DNA of 64,000 bases from Eledone cirrhosa (lineage: Eukaryota): assembly GCA_964016885.1 (NCBI GenBank), contig OZ024743.1, positions 111,538,001-111,602,000 of the forward strand, given 5' to 3'. Below, piece after piece: positions 42,290 through 56,594 of the stretch. Made by a program: the position numbers and the translations under genes. Position 1 is the stretch's first letter, and each line of letters begins with the position of its first letter. The notes under the pieces were generated by a model. It ran no database searches. It was not told the origin of the DNA and was given only the letters and a program-made list of their open reading frames with translations.

Positions 42290-42840
42290 CTATATTTTAC
42301 TTGCTGAGTTTTGACTAATGGACTTGGGCAACGATGTCTGGTCAATTATCTTGGTGTGGAATTGCACAGCCAATATTTTCTCCATGTCAATTAACAAAGG
42401 AATATTCCAAGGAAATTCCCTACTTCACCTTCTCGTCTGTCCCGTACTGACAACTTTCACTGATATATGTTACAAGGCGGTCTTCAGTATAAGTACTATG
42501 CTGAAATCAATAACCATCTCTCATAATGGTATTGCAGGCTTTAAGCAGATTTAAGAGAAATTTATATAAAATGTGGGGTATAAAATGTACCAAAGTAAAA
42601 CTGAATAGTGGAAAATTAATTTAAAACATAATTATTCTTAATTGCCGCAAAATGCCAAAGCAAACTTGTTAGAAAACATCAGAATTCAGAACACAATAAA
42701 TCAATCATTATCTGGTCTATGCAAAATCACACAGACAGATTAAGGTTAATCAACCTGGAGAAAGAATTACTCATGTTCAGTGTACCAGTCCCAACATGGG
42801 TCCCAACTCTTCTAGACATTGCAGATATTACTTAGAGTAA
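42290..42840 (+). mobile_element. Dong/R4-like LINE RT relic
   Basis: INKGIFQGNSLLHLL resembles the RT motif RGIFQGDSLSPLL; otherwise heavily decayed. Confidence 0.5.
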
Positions 42841-43003
42841 TTCCAATTACATAGAAGTAACAATACCAAAACATAAAATTACATATAGACAAGACATAAG
42901 TAGCTGTGACTGGTAATGCTTTGTAATGATGAGAAAATTGAGAACAAGAAGGATGATGATAATGAAGATGACGATGACAATAACAATAATAATGCTGCTG
43001 CTT

Positions 43004-43036
<33 letters not shown>

Positions 43037-43075
43037 TCCAATAACAACAACTACCATTATTACTACTAATACTAG

Positions 43076-43290
43076 GGCAGTGATTTGGCAGAATCGGTAG
43101 AGGGTCGGACACCATGCTGTACAGCATAGTGTTACGGTCCTTTACGGTCTGAGTTCAATCCCGCCGAGGTTAATTTGCCTGTCATCCTTACGGGGTTAAC
43201 AATGTAAAGCACCAGTAACGTACTGGAGTCGATTTAATCGACTTTCCCCCTTCCTCCAAATTACTGGCATTGTGCCTATACTAGAAATCA
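43076..43290 (+). mobile_element. Main tRNA-derived SINE, full length
   Basis: GGCAGTGATTTGGCAGAATCGG (A box), GAGTTCAATCC (B box), TCATCCTTACGGGG core. Confidence 0.9.
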
Positions 43291-43340
43291 GTATTACTAG
43301 TAATACTAATACTACTATTTATACTAATAATATAAATAAT

Positions 43341-43525
43341 AATTGTTTCTACTTTAGGCACAAGGCCAGCAATTATCCAGTGTATTACTGGTACTTTATT
43401 TTATCGACCCTGTAAGGATGAAAGGCAAAGTCAACCTCGGCGGGATTTGAACTCAGATCGTAAAGGGACGTAACTATGCTGGAAAGCATGGCGTCCGACT
43501 CTCTACCGATACTGCCAATCCACCG
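43341..43525 (-). mobile_element. Main tRNA-derived SINE
   Basis: Reverse-complement copy flanked by TAATAAT-like duplication. Confidence 0.9.
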
Positions 43526-43639
43526 TAATAATAATGGTGAAAAGGAAGTTGGGGCTTTATGTGAAGGACTTTCATTCGACAAGTACTCCCTGGTTCAGCA
43601 GCAGGGATCTGGCTATCATCCAATTATTGTTGCTGTTAG

Positions 43640-45050
43640 AGGAAGAGGCAGAAACGAGGCAAGAACCATCTGGACGAAGGAATTGAATAAAACTGTAATG
43701 AAGTGTTATCTGAAAAGTGATCCTACTAAAAAAGGCTATAAGTAAAGAATGCATACAAATCTGGGACGAAATTGGTCTATTTAAATGAGGTGAACAAAAC
43801 CTAGAAGGTCAGACTCACCTAATAAGAAATGATGTATGGATAAACGAGTTGGGATTAGAGGAACTGAGCAGAGAGATTGAGCTAAAAATGAAAAATATAG
43901 TAAGATGAGGCCAATGAGCCAAAGGGGAGTGAATCAGGCAAATGAGCCTGTAAAAATGAAATGATTGTGAGACGTGAGGATGTAACCGACGAAGACAATG
44001 AGATAAAATAACATCTGGAAAAATATACGACCATTGAGAAAATGAACGTTGAATAAATAAGGCAACATTCTTTTTTAAATTATGAATTTAGTGGTGGATG
44101 AATAATGGAGATCACAATGAATAATGATAGTGAAAAGTTAAAGAAAACGACAGCAAACTTAAACAATATTGTTGTATACCTTGAGGTGAATATCTTGAAC
44201 AATGTAACAACACCTGCAAAGCAGCCTCAAATGTGGTGAAAACATCTATTGGTGTCAATACGAGAAAAAAAATCAGTCGAAAACGGAAAGACCTTTGGTG
44301 GAAGACGCGGATGAATGGTCAAATCAAGGAAATAAGAAATGATATCGGGAAACCTGTGCCTTTATGAAACGGCACATAGATACTAAGGATATATTGCACA
44401 GGAAATAAAACACAATGGGAATTGGCTAAATGTGATAATAGAGGAAATAAGCAATATGTCATAGATACAATGCAAAAATTAAAAGATATGAGCGCTGAGT
44501 TAGCCAGTATAGACAGAAATGCATGTTTGACAACAACCAGATGTTATTTGAACAGCTTGATTGGAAAGAAAGAGGCAACGATAAGTCTTGCGGCTGAACA
44601 GACCAACACATTTTGGTGAGGGATATGGTTGCAAGATGTTGAGCATAATAGTCGGGCAGAATGGATTGAGCATGTTAAAAAGGAGGTGAATGGACAAGAA
44701 CACCAGCAATTTAATTCGAGTATCTCGGTTGAAACCCTTAAACTTGAGACCTATATATTAAATACCTAGAAACCATCAAGTCGATTGGTCATTGGTTATA
44801 TTGTACGAACAATATAACCTCTCTCCCCTCGATACTGACGGCCGTGTTCAGTGACTCCCTGATGACGGGTGAAATACCGCAGTGATTGACAAAAGGTACA
44901 ATGAAAGTCAAGCCAAGGGAAATGGCGTTACTCATTATAGGTCTATCGCATATGTTATTGATGTGGAAATTACTAACACGAATGAACGCTGCGGAAATTA
45001 ACCACCGCCTAGACATAAAAAATGTATTTCTGGAGGAAGTGAGAACACTG
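43640..45050 (+). mobile_element. Dong/R4-like LINE, decayed 5' ORF region
   Basis: WTKELNKTVMKCYLKSDP.KKGY; PWWK.R; AEQTNTFW*GIW...VEHN..AEWI; then remnants of the RT start. Confidence 0.7.
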
Positions 45051-45623
45051 CCTCGCATGTTTTCGCTCGGCCTCGCGATACCTGTCTCACTGCGTTATCC
45101 TCCTTTTCGAATGGCACGCAGCTGGGTAATAGCCTGCGAATCGGGGTTTACCCGAGGCTCAGCCTCGGGATCTGCGAGCCACAAAAATGTTGCTGCGGAT
45201 CCAATGTTGCTTTGGGGCTATTTTGATTATTTTATCAGTTTTAATTTAATGTCATCACACAAAATTAACTGTTGAGAAGTTCACTATTAAGTATTTGCAA
45301 CTAATATCGTTCTAGACCAACTGATTTACTGATTTACATGTCATTTAAAAAAAATATTACTCCACTATTTCGTGATACAAACGCCCGAATATTTGGATAA
45401 TTTGCTTCTTTTTTCTTTTTTTTCTTTTTTTTTCTTTTCCTTTTCCTCGGGTAAACCCACTCGAGCAGATATAGGATGAAATACATTTCAGCCGTGAGTA
45501 TGTAATAGTTCAAAATATGTTATTCGTTGTTCATAACTAGTTAAAGTTTGCTAGTCTTCCAAATGTATACAGAGGTCGGGCCCTTAATAATCATCTTGGT
45601 TGTAAGGGTTAGCGAGATATCTG

Positions 45624-45694
<71 letters not shown>

Positions 45695-46608
45695 GGGAGA
45701 AACCGAAAGATGCCAATGAGAGGGTGTGAAATAAAGTAATGTGATCATCTTAATTACAGACTATTGTAAATGTTTGATTTAATAACAATTGTTTCGTTAA
45801 CTAATTTATTCGGCGCCAGATGAATTAGAAAGGTCGAGAAAGTAATAACAAATACAATATTTATTATAGAAAGATGTGTATTTTATTCCTTAGTTTGCCT
45901 TCTTAATTGATTTATAAAGCGACATGTAATAAATTATTCAAAATTCCTGCTGATACTGCTAACATATTTTAAGGGTAGCATACTAAAATAGCTTTTTCGT
46001 GAATTTTCAAAAAGTACTAGATTACGTGTTTAACCTATATGTTTTGCTTCCTTACAGATAGAAGTTATGAAAACGTAAAAGTTCATTAGCAAATTTATTG
46101 CCAGTGAAAGAAAGAATATTATATAGGCATTTGACATTTAATGACAAATGCCTATACCACATTAAAACATATTAACAAGATATGCATGAAGTGTACCCAA
46201 GAACACTATAATGGCATCACCTTGAAAAAGTTATGTCTCGAATACAGAAAAGTTAAAAATTCTCCAACAACTACTAAACTTATTATAAACATTTGAACAT
46301 GAAAACATTTGAACATAAAAACACTTGAAGATAATTTCTGCTGAATAGATAAATAATGTTAAAATGTAAACAGGCCAAATCAGAAAATAATCTTACCCGC
46401 TATGATTCAAATTGCTGTTGCAAATGGAACGGTATGATACCACCATATAAACAGGTATGAAAAACGTTTCAGTATCTATCCTAGTTTTGTTGTAATTATA
46501 GTTTGAGCCTTCGGTCGGTATCCTTGGTGTCACATTTTACAACTACGGTGTTAACTCTCACTTTATATATTGTACTTCGTACACTAAATATATATATATA
46601 TATATAGT

Positions 46609-46796
46609 AATTGTTTATACATTTGGCACAAGGCCAGCGATTACCCAGTGCATTGCTGGTACTTTATTTTATCGACCCGTAAGGATGAAAGGCAAAGTTA
46701 ACCTCGGCGGGATTTGAACTCAGAATAGAAAGGGGCGTAACTCTATGCGTCAAAGCATGGCGTCCGGCCCTCTACCGATACTGCCAATCCACCGCC
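46609..46796 (-). mobile_element. Main tRNA-derived SINE, full length
   Basis: Minus strand: GGCGGTGGATTGGCAGTATCGG...GAGTTCAAATCC...CTTTCATCCTTACGGGTCGATAAAATAAAGTACCAG. Confidence 0.92.
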
Positions 46797-46819
46797 TATT
46801 ATTACTATATATATATATA

Positions 46820-47044
46820 TAGTAATAATAATAAATTTGAAGACTAAAATCCAAAGAGGGCTGAATAAGGATAAATATATATATCAATTATATATGAACC
46901 GTAGAGAAAATATTTATTAAAATAACAGATTAAAGTTTAAGCAAAGAATCGCTGCTTTCACCCTTAACGAGATCTTCTGAAGATCCCGTTAAGGGTGAAA
47001 GCAGCGATTCTTTGCTTAAACTTTAATCTGTTATTTTAATAAAT
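46820..47044. mobile_element. Family E fold-back element with apex in the HHR core
   Basis: Arms 46911-46977 and 46979-47044 centred on GATCTTC-T-GAAGATC; CTGAAGA-TCCCGTTAAGGGT-GAAA-GCA...TGC-TT. Confidence 0.85.
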
Positions 47045-47051
47045 AGAAAAT

Positions 47052-47098
47052 CTTCTACAGGACTAGAACTGTTTCCTTCGAGAGAAATCATCAGGAAG
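47052..47098 (-). ncRNA. Type I hammerhead ribozyme (family J)
   Basis: Minus strand: CTTC-CTGATGA-TTTC TCTC GAAG-GAAA-CAG TTCTAGTC CTG-TA^GAAG; inverted mutated copy at 47099-47141, tail to ~47257. Confidence 0.85.
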
Positions 47099-47499
47099 CT
47101 AATGATTTCTCACGAATGAAACAGTTATTTTCCTGTAGAAACTTTTCTATATTAAAACATTCATACTCTGCTATGTATTGATTAACTTACGTACTGTGGT
47201 TACCCCCGATTGAACCCTGAATAACTTTTAGAATCGGCTTTTAGAAGTGCCGAGAATATATGTATATATATATATATTGGTAAACGGAATAGAAAATGCT
47301 GACAAATTGTTCACAGTTGAAAAATGGTTTAATTAGTAATAAAAGAGTATTAGTGATTGTATGGGTTAGTATTCAGTTGTGGTTTTAAGTTTTTAAGTTT
47401 TTACCGGTTGCGCATTTCTAAATGCTTTTCAAAAATAATTTTGAGATAGAGTGTCCGTGCTGTTTGCTCTGATCTGATTAGTTTTGGGAATTCTACCTG

Positions 47500-47745
47500 T
47501 TTTTATGTTAAAAAAGTGGCTCCAGCGTTACTTTGGTGTTGCAAAAATTCTTGTGGTCAAAACAATTTTGATTGGTCGGTAGAGGTCATGTGAATGTAAA
47601 AAATTGATTTTGCGCCAAGACTGTTTTTATGTTAAAAAAGTGGCTCCAGCGCTACTTGGTGTTTGCAAAAATTCTTGTGGTCAAAACAATTTTGATTGGT
47701 CGGTAGAAGTCGTGCGAATAAAAAATTGGTTTTGCGCCAAGATTG
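47500..47745. repeat. ~126-bp tandem duplication within the pseudo-LTR (mirrored at ~52050-52290)
   Basis: TGTTTTTATGTTAAAAAAGTGGCTCCAGCG...TTTTGCGCCAAGA occurs twice. Confidence 0.9.
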
Positions 47746-47861
47746 AGAAATGACTCTTTCACAACAAATATGTGTGTGTGTGTGTGTGTGTGTAGTAGTA
47801 GTAAGGTGTTCGATGTTGTGATAATGGTTAGCAGGGATGTGTGTCAAATCGATATTAAGAT

Positions 47862-47961
<100 letters not shown>

Positions 47962-48041
47962 GTGTATAGCAGAGTAATTCGTGGTAGCAGGGATTGTCAG
48001 TAAGAATGTCAAAAGATATTTTTCAGCTTTTGTCTTATACG

Positions 48042-51000
48042 TAAACTACAAATAAAGTCCATTCCAAATGAACCCGAACCTCAAAGACACCTTAGGGAAA
48101 GAATGGCATTGGAAAAAATGAAGACAGAAATTGATCTTCTTAAACTGAGGGCCCAGACAAATGAGGAAAAAATCAAAACCATCGATGAAGAGATCCTCCT
48201 GGAAATCAACAACAAAACTGAAGGCCCCATGGTAGAGAAGATCTCCAAATTATGGAAAGGGGACTGCAACAGAGAAGAAGTGAAATCCCTTCAACGCTGG
48301 AAAAAAGTGCCGCTTGGTTCCTACACTATGAATCGACTTTTCAAACGGATTACACCTCCAATAACCCGTTCATAAAAATAGGAAAACCCATAACTGAACC
48401 GCACAACAACTTCTCAAACCCCCAAGCCTCTAACAAACGAAGAAGGAAGCACCACACCGAAGATGAACTTCCCAAACTCGCTACCATAAGAAGGAACAAA
48501 AACCCAAGAAATCATCTCCCCCAGAATGACATTTACAACTTTCCCCCTTCAAGGAGACACCATACCAAATCACTCAACTACAACACGGATGCCTCATCGT
48601 CAAACATAGGGAATAGATACCACCGCCATGGTAGATGTAACAACTTCCCCGCTTCAAGAGGACAGCAAGGTAATTACCATTTTCTCAACTCTCGCTTCCA
48701 CAATACACAACAAACCCACACCACACGATACAACCAACAACGTAGGCCACTTATAACACCACAATACAATATGGCACATAGAAACACACACCCATACTCG
48801 CAGTACAGGAACACCCCATTCAATCTACAACCACCAACCCGAACCACATTTTACAACAACAACGAATATAACAAACACAGGAGACAACTTAACATCAGCA
48901 GACAACCCCTCTACCCCAACCATTTTTTAGACACAGCACACAGATACAGGCAAACAAAATAACACAAGACAGGGAGGAGAAACCGATAGTAATAAAAATT
49001 ATCAATCTTACTAGTGCAGAACCAACACCCAACCTTATCAACTTACTCTCCAAAGGTCTTAAATTCACACCGACCCACTACGTCCTAACTACTATGAAAT
49101 GAAGGAAGACATCACAGACTTCTGTAGAAAGTTACGACTTAGTGAACAACTATTCGACCAGTACAATGAGGATGGATCATTAGCCAGAAATAGAAGCAAT
49201 TACACCCCTTCAAAAGGTAGAAATAAAATCCTGGACGAATTCTGTGAACACATCACAAACTTCCCTTACCAACACTTGCACAGACAAAAACACAAGCCAA
49301 ACCTCAACAAGAAAGAGTGGGAAGAATTAAATAGATTAAAAACCGACAGAACCAGAACTGATAAAGGGAGTACAGTAGTCCTAATGGAGACAGAATTCTA
49401 TATCAACTTAGCGCTCTCCACTTTGGAAAACGAAACATACTACGAAAAGGCTGAATACTACAATCAACAGAAAATTATGAGAAACCTAAAAACTCTAATC
49501 AACCAATACAAAGAAGGACTCACTAACAAGGAATTCAGCTTCATCACAGACTTCACAAGTAAATCCAGCCCTTTCTACGGTATCCCTAAAGTACATAAAA
49601 GCGAATCAATAAGTAAGGCATGCAAGGAAGCCACAGACATAGTCATCAATGTCCTCTCACCCAATGATCTCAAATTAAGACCTATAATAGCAGGCCCCGC
49701 TTGCGAAACGCACCGTCTTAGCAACTTCATTGATACCCTTCTCAAAACCTTCCTCAAACACATCAAAAGCTATATAAGGGACGACCTAGATATGCTCAAT
49801 CACCTCCCTAATATGCCACTTTCTGACCAAACCGTACTAGTGACGTTCGATGTAGTCAACCTATACTCCAACATCCCCCCCAACCTAGGAATAGAAGCTA
49901 TCCAATTCTGGCTGGATAATTTCCACAATGAACTCCCACAACGCATCAAAAAAGAATTCGTGATAGAGGGACTCAATTTTATCTTGGAGAACAATTACTT
50001 CGTTTTCAATAACAAACTCTACAGGCAGAAATCTGGGACCGCTATGGGAACGAAAACAGCCCCCACTTATGCCAACCAAGTCATGGGATACCTGGAAATC
50101 ACCCTCTACACTAAAGTCCTAAACAAATTTGGAAACACCCTCCACTTACACATTGAAAGGAACTGGAAGCGATATCTAGATGACTGCTTCATCCTTTGGC
50201 ACGAAAACATCGAAAAACTTAAAGAATTTCAAACCCTTATAAATGGGCTCAACACGAATATTAACTTCACGATGGAATACAGCCATCTACAACTCCCCTT
50301 CCTCGACATCCTCATTAAGATCCATAACAAAAAAATAGAAACAGACATATACTACAAGCCCACATACTCCAAGCAATATCTCCCCTCCAACTCTTGCCAC
50401 CCTAGACACGTTAACATTAATATTCCCTACAACTTAGCCAAGAGAATCTGTACTATTGTCTCCAATAAAAACATCTGCTACTTACGGCTACAAGAACTAA
50501 AGGACACACTCATAGGCAGGGACTACCCTGCATCACTAATTGACAATGGAATCCAACGTGCCCTAAAACAGTACCCAGGACCTTAGACACCCTAAAGTAA
50601 ATCAACCGAAACTAAAAGCTCTTCCATACTTCTCCACACACAACCCCCTCAACAATGAGGCCTTTGACACCATCCTCCAGAACATCCCTGTGTTGAAAAA
50701 GGACCATACAATGAACCAAATTCTACGAACACACGATATCATAAAGAGCAAAAGACAATCCAAGTCAATGAAAAACATCCTAACACATGCCAAAGTACTG
50801 CCAACTACAACAACGAAACCCACAGTAAAAAAATGCGATAGACCCAACTGTGGCATTTGCATCAACCTAATAGAGGGTTCGGAATTCTATTTCAAAGATG
50901 GACAACGTTTTATAGTAAAACACAATTTCACATGTGCATCGGAAAATCTAATATATGTATTAACTTGCTCAGGTTGTCGAGAATAATACATAGGCCAGAC

Positions 51001-51232
51001 CAAAAACAGCCTCCGCCAACGAATGACTGTCCATAGATCCCAAATCAAAATACGGGAATACAGGAAAATACCACTGAGTGAACACATTGATACCTCTGCC
51101 GCCCAAAATCATCCCAACTTCAGAATCTTTCCCCTCTACAAATTTAAAGATAATGCCACCCACACCCAGCGCATCAGCAAGGAATCTTACTTCATTAACA
51201 AATACGGACCCCGTCTAAACACTTCTCCCTAA
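48042..51232 (+). pseudogene. PLE polyprotein (RT + Zn-linker + GIY-YIG), 5'-truncated, frameshifted
   Basis: IINL...LLSKGLKFTPT (~48998); DKG, FYGIPKVHK, LRPII, FDVVNLYSNI, GTAMGT, RYLDD, PFLD, YYKPT in ORF 49099-50586; CDRPNCGIC linker; LIYVLTCSGCRE*YIGQT..RQRMTVH...SEH...ESYFI.K..PRLN. Confidence 0.92.
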
Positions 51233-51336
51233 GACGAACCCACAACATACATACCTACATCAGCACACATCTCTACCCACATATAAACACAATGACATAC
51301 GTAAACACACATGCTCTATGATGCAACACAAAAAAA

Positions 51337-51476
<140 letters not shown>

Positions 51477-51852
51477 GTGAATATATGTATGTGTATATAT
51501 ATATAGTGAATATCATTGTACACCTTTTATTGTTAAGATTTTTGATGTTCTATTAAGAGAACGGATTTTACTGAAAAAATCGAATAATGTACACCATTTT
51601 ACCAGGGGGAAAACAATACGGGTCCACCCACACACACACACACACACATATGTATATACACACACACATACACCCGCGTACATTAACATACAAAGAGACT
51701 TATATATACACACACACACACACACACACGCACTTCTCCGTATAAGACAAAAGCTGAAAAATATCTTTTGACATGCTAAAATACCCCCCATTGCATTCAG
51801 ACACATTCTTACTGACCATCCCTGCTACCACGAATTACTCTGCTATACACAC

Positions 51853-51934
<82 letters not shown>

Positions 51935-52574
51935 ATCTTAATAGCCATTTGACACACATCCCTGCTAACCATTATCACAACATCGAACACCTTACTACTA
52001 CTACACACATACACACACATATTTGTCGTGAAAGAGTCATTTCTCAATCTTGGCACAAAACCAATTTTTTATTCACATGACCTCTACCGACCAATCAAAA
52101 TTGCTTTGACCACAAGAATTTTTGCAAACACCAAGTAGCGCTGGAGCCACTTTTTTAACATAAAAACAGTCTAGGCGCAAAATCAATTTTTACATTCACA
52201 TGACCTCTACCGACCAATAAAAATTGTTTTGACCACAAGAATTTTTGCAACACCAAAGTAACGCTGGAGCCACTTTTTTAACATAAAAACAGGTAGAATT
52301 CCCAAAACTAATCAGATCAGAGCAAACAACACGGACACTCTATCTCAAAATTATTTTTGAAAAGCATTTAGAAATGCGCAACCGGTAAAAGCTTAAAAAC
52401 TTAAAACCACAACTGAATACTAACCCATACAATCACTAATACTCTTTTATTCCTAATTAAATCATTTTTCAACTGTGAACAATTTGTCAGCATTTTCTAT
52501 TCCGTTTACCAATATATAGTAACTTGTGTGTTACACCTCTATTCTTTTAACTATATATATATATATATATATAT

Positions 52575-53011
52575 ACTTCAGTTATTAGGAGTATTCCAAA
52601 GCTTGGTAGAACAAGTTGTGAGGAAAGTTCTCAACATACGTTAAGGTGACTCGACTGGTTGGTAGGGATTCTGTAGTAGAAACACGAACATACGAGGAGT
52701 GTAATCAAAGAAGAGAAATAGGACGAAGGTAAACAATTACAAAAGAATTTAATCCACATATTTACAATTGTTTCATCAGAATTTCAGTCCATTATTGCTA
52801 CACTATGTTATAATAGGCAATCAAGAAAGATACTGTGGCATCCGAATTTTCAAAATACAAAGTTGGAATTCGGATGCCACAGTATCTTTCTTGATTGCCT
52901 ATTATAACATAGTGTAGCAATAATGGACTGGAATTCTGATGAAACAATTGTAAATACGTGGATTAAATTCTTTTGTAATTGTTTACCTTCGTCCTATTTC
53001 TCTTCTTTGAT
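52575..53011. mobile_element. Family G fold-back element with HHR-like apex
   Basis: ~145-bp near-perfect arms 52704-52848 and 52867-53011; GAAA-CAATTG-TA^AATAC, with GTATT-TTGAAAA at the apex on the minus strand. Confidence 0.85.
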
Positions 53012-53017
53012 ATATAT

Positions 53018-53113
<96 letters not shown>

Positions 53114-53118
53114 ATAAG

Positions 53119-53152
<34 letters not shown>

Positions 53153-53593
53153 CTTATCTTTATATATGATGAAGTATTATGTATCTGTCGCTTTAGTTTT
53201 GCCTCTCTTATTTCTCTCTTATTTCTCTCTTGTTTCTTTTTCACTTCCCCCTATCTAGTTATATTTTATCTCTCTCTTTCTTTTACTCGCCCGACTCTCT
53301 CTCCGTTTTCCCTTTATCTCCGTTTTTTTCTTTATCTCCGTCTTTTCTCTAACTGTGCTTAACACTATAACTAAATAATTACTGTCCTCTCTCTCTATAC
53401 AGTACTCCCTCTCTCTTGAGTCTCTCTATAAGTATGGTGAATTATTAATTATCTGTTGCTTTCGGTTGCCTCTCTTTTTTCACCTCCTCCTTTTTTCTCT
53501 CTCCCCTCTCTCACTCCGTCTTTTTTCTAACTGTGCTTAACACTATAACTAAATAATTATAAACACACCACTACCAAGGCAGCTTCCTAATTT

Positions 53594-53780
53594 AATTGTT
53601 TCTACTTTAGGCACAAGGCCAGCAATTACCCAGTGCATTACTGGTACTTTATTTTATCGACCCCGTAAGGATGAAAGGCAAAGTCAACCTCGGCGGGATT
53701 TGAACTCAGATCGTAAAGGGACGTAACTATGCTGGAAAGCATGGCGTTCGACCCTCTACCGATACTGCTAATCCACCGCC
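53594..53780 (-). mobile_element. Main tRNA-derived SINE, full length
   Basis: As for 46609-46796. Confidence 0.92.
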
Positions 53781-53839
53781 TAATGGTCGCTTATATTATG
53801 GTACGTCAAAATTATTTCTAAAACTGTTTATATATTGTA

Positions 53840-53901
53840 TTTTATCTGACGAAGGCATGCCATATTTTTAATATGGTATCCCTGAAATATGTATAATGAA
53901 A
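53840..53901 (+). ncRNA. Type I hammerhead ribozyme
   Basis: TTTTAT-CTGACGA-AGG CATGCCATATT TTT AATATGGTAT CCCT-GAAA-TATGTA-TA^ATGAAA. Confidence 0.8.
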
Positions 53902-53943
53902 TAAATATGGTTTTATAAATATAGTTTCCATTTGTTTAATATC

Positions 53944-54030
<87 letters not shown>

Positions 54031-54570
54031 TATAAAGAAAGAGCTCAAGAGCAGACATGCTATAAAGATTGCTTAAAAGACTGCCGGTGGAAACTAGTTG
54101 TTTCCATCTTTTAATGTTGTTCACTCTATTTTATAAGCTATCTTTTATAGCATTTCTTCGCTCGAGCACTTTCTTCATACTTATATATTCATATACAATT
54201 CTAAATTGTAGCCGCAACATAGCAGTTATCAGTCGAATTATTTAAAGGAGTCACAAAGCACTCCATGGTGTGAACATTTAATACATAAAGAAAGGTAACG
54301 AAATGTACATGACCATACATATACCGCAATAACGATATATATATATAAATTTAATCTGAGTTATTCGAACATTAATAATGACATTCGATTCGTTTGTAAT
54401 TATGCAAACAAGCCTCATTTTGAAAGCCATCCTGCTCTTAAGTTGGCATGTAAACAGAACTGCCGACACTAATGTTTCTGGGTATCACCCTTCATCAGCA
54501 CAGCTCACTGTTCACCTGTCAACTGTCAGAGCTAGTGAAAATATATGCTATTTTCTAAAACATACAGTGA

Positions 54571-54677
54571 CTGATTGGCCACATTTGTATATTAGCAGAC
54601 TGGCTGATCAGTCAGATCTGCATATTAGCAGATCCACTGATTAGCCAGATTTGCATATCAGCAGACTGGCTAGTCAG
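54571..54677 (+). repeat. 33-bp minisatellite, ~3 copies
   Basis: CTGATT.GCCA.ATTTG.ATATTAGCAGA units. Confidence 0.8.
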
Positions 54678-54790
54678 TTTCCTGTATACGGGCGATAAAT
54701 GGGCGGCTTTGCAACATTCAAATAGTTTGTTTTTTTTCGCTCTACATGGCTGAATACATTAAATTTAACCTGAGTTTTACGAATATTAAT

Positions 54791-54980
54791 AATTGTTTCT
54801 ACTTTTGGCACAAGGCCAGCAGTTATCCAGTGTATTACGAGTACTTTATTTTATCGACCCCGTAAGGATGAAAGCCAAAGTTAACCTCCGCGTGATTTGA
54901 ACTCAGACCATAAAGGGCCGTAACTCTTTGCTGCAAAGCATGGCTCCGACCCTCTACCGATACTGCAAATCCACCGCCCT
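54791..54980 (-). mobile_element. Main tRNA-derived SINE with 14-bp TSD
   Basis: CGAATATTAATAAT at 54780-54793 and 54981-54994. Confidence 0.92.
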
Positions 54981-55591
54981 CGAATATTAATAATAACATT
55001 CCATTCGTTTGCAATTATGCAACCACGCCTCTTTTTTTATTTATACATATATATATATATACATATGGGTCATATTGTCGTAATACTATTGCCAGAAATA
55101 ATAGCAGAACACAGTTGTACACAATTATATCGTACCTAACTGACTAAGAAAGATGTAACTAAGCAATTCAAATATGAACTCGCGCAGCATTAATCATTCG
55201 ATATCGTAGATGTGTATTCTGTTTGACCTGAGTATATTCAAATTGAAAATGTCTTTGGCGTGCAGCTCTTTCTTTGAACACAAAGCCTGTTGCATATATA
55301 GTATATCAATATAATCATTATTTCCTGAGACAAATCCCTATAAATGCTAATTAATATAATTTACGAGGTTGTATATCAAATGAAATCTGAACTTTTGGGA
55401 AACATGTGATCGATAGGTGCGTATGATATAGAGAGACGATGGCACTAATATTTCGAAAAGGAGAAATCGTCGTAGGATAAAACTTTTTGAAAATGTATAT
55501 TGAATTGTCGTGAGAATTTACTCAATATAAGAATTCCTTCCTATCACTATCAACTTTTCTTTCTCAACATCTCTATCTCTTAATACACACA

Positions 55592-55717
<126 letters not shown>

Positions 55718-55832
55718 CACACACACACACACAGGCACACACACATACCTATATATATATGTATATATATATATATATATATATTGGTATTAGTATTGGT
55801 GCTCTGAAACACCGATGTATACATATATATAC

Positions 55833-55898
<66 letters not shown>

Positions 55899-56019
55899 AT
55901 AATAACAATAAAGTATATATCCCTACACGCAAAAAACGAATAGGGACACATGTATTATCCAACCATTTGCCAATGTCGTTCTATGGCAGGTTAATAAATT
56001 AACGAACCAGAACATATAT

Positions 56020-56545
56020 AATCGAGGTTTAGCAAATAAGAAAAACATTTCAAAATAAATTTCAAAAAATTCACTGTACTTACCATGGTTACCTTTACCA
56101 AATCGATTTCTAGTCTCATGTAAATGGACAGTCCTTACGGGCTTCCATTGAAAAGATAAACTCTCGTCAGAAGGTTCTTTTCACTCGGAGAATATAAAAT
56201 TCCCGAGTTCAAATTTCGAACTGGCGCTATTCAAAATTGTTCCCGAGATGAGAATGAATGATGTGGAAGCAATTCTGTCCAGTGCCGAGTGCAAAGATAG
56301 AGGCAGAGGCAGGGAGGTCAATCTACTACCACTGTAAATAGCAGCACTCAAACGACCATATTTCATCTCGACCCAGGGGAGAATATGACGAGTGTTTATT
56401 TTTTCAATGGAAGCCCGTAAGGACTGTCCATTTATTTTTGAGACTCGAAACCGATTCGGTAAAGGTAACCATAGTAAGTAAAGTGAATTTTTTGAAATTT
56501 ATTTTGAAACTTTTCCTTATTTACTAAACCTCAATTATATATATA
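56020..56545. mobile_element. Family I fold-back element with two HHR copies
   Basis: 56091-56175 (-): ACCTT-CTGACGA-GAGTTT...AGACTA-GAAA-TCGATTTGG-TA^AAGGT; 56385-56466 (+): ATGACGA...AGACTC-GAAA-CCGATTCGG-TA^AAGGT. Confidence 0.85.
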
Positions 56546-56594
56546 TATAGTGACGAAACATAAGTCAATTGCATGAATTCATAATCCTTTATTT

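Noticed and set aside
43076-43165. tRNA gene
   Set aside because: The A/B boxes belong to a SINE head; no cloverleaf
50984-50986. In-frame stop within GIY-YIG as possible recoding
   Set aside because: The codon is TAA, not TGA, and the element has other disabling frameshifts
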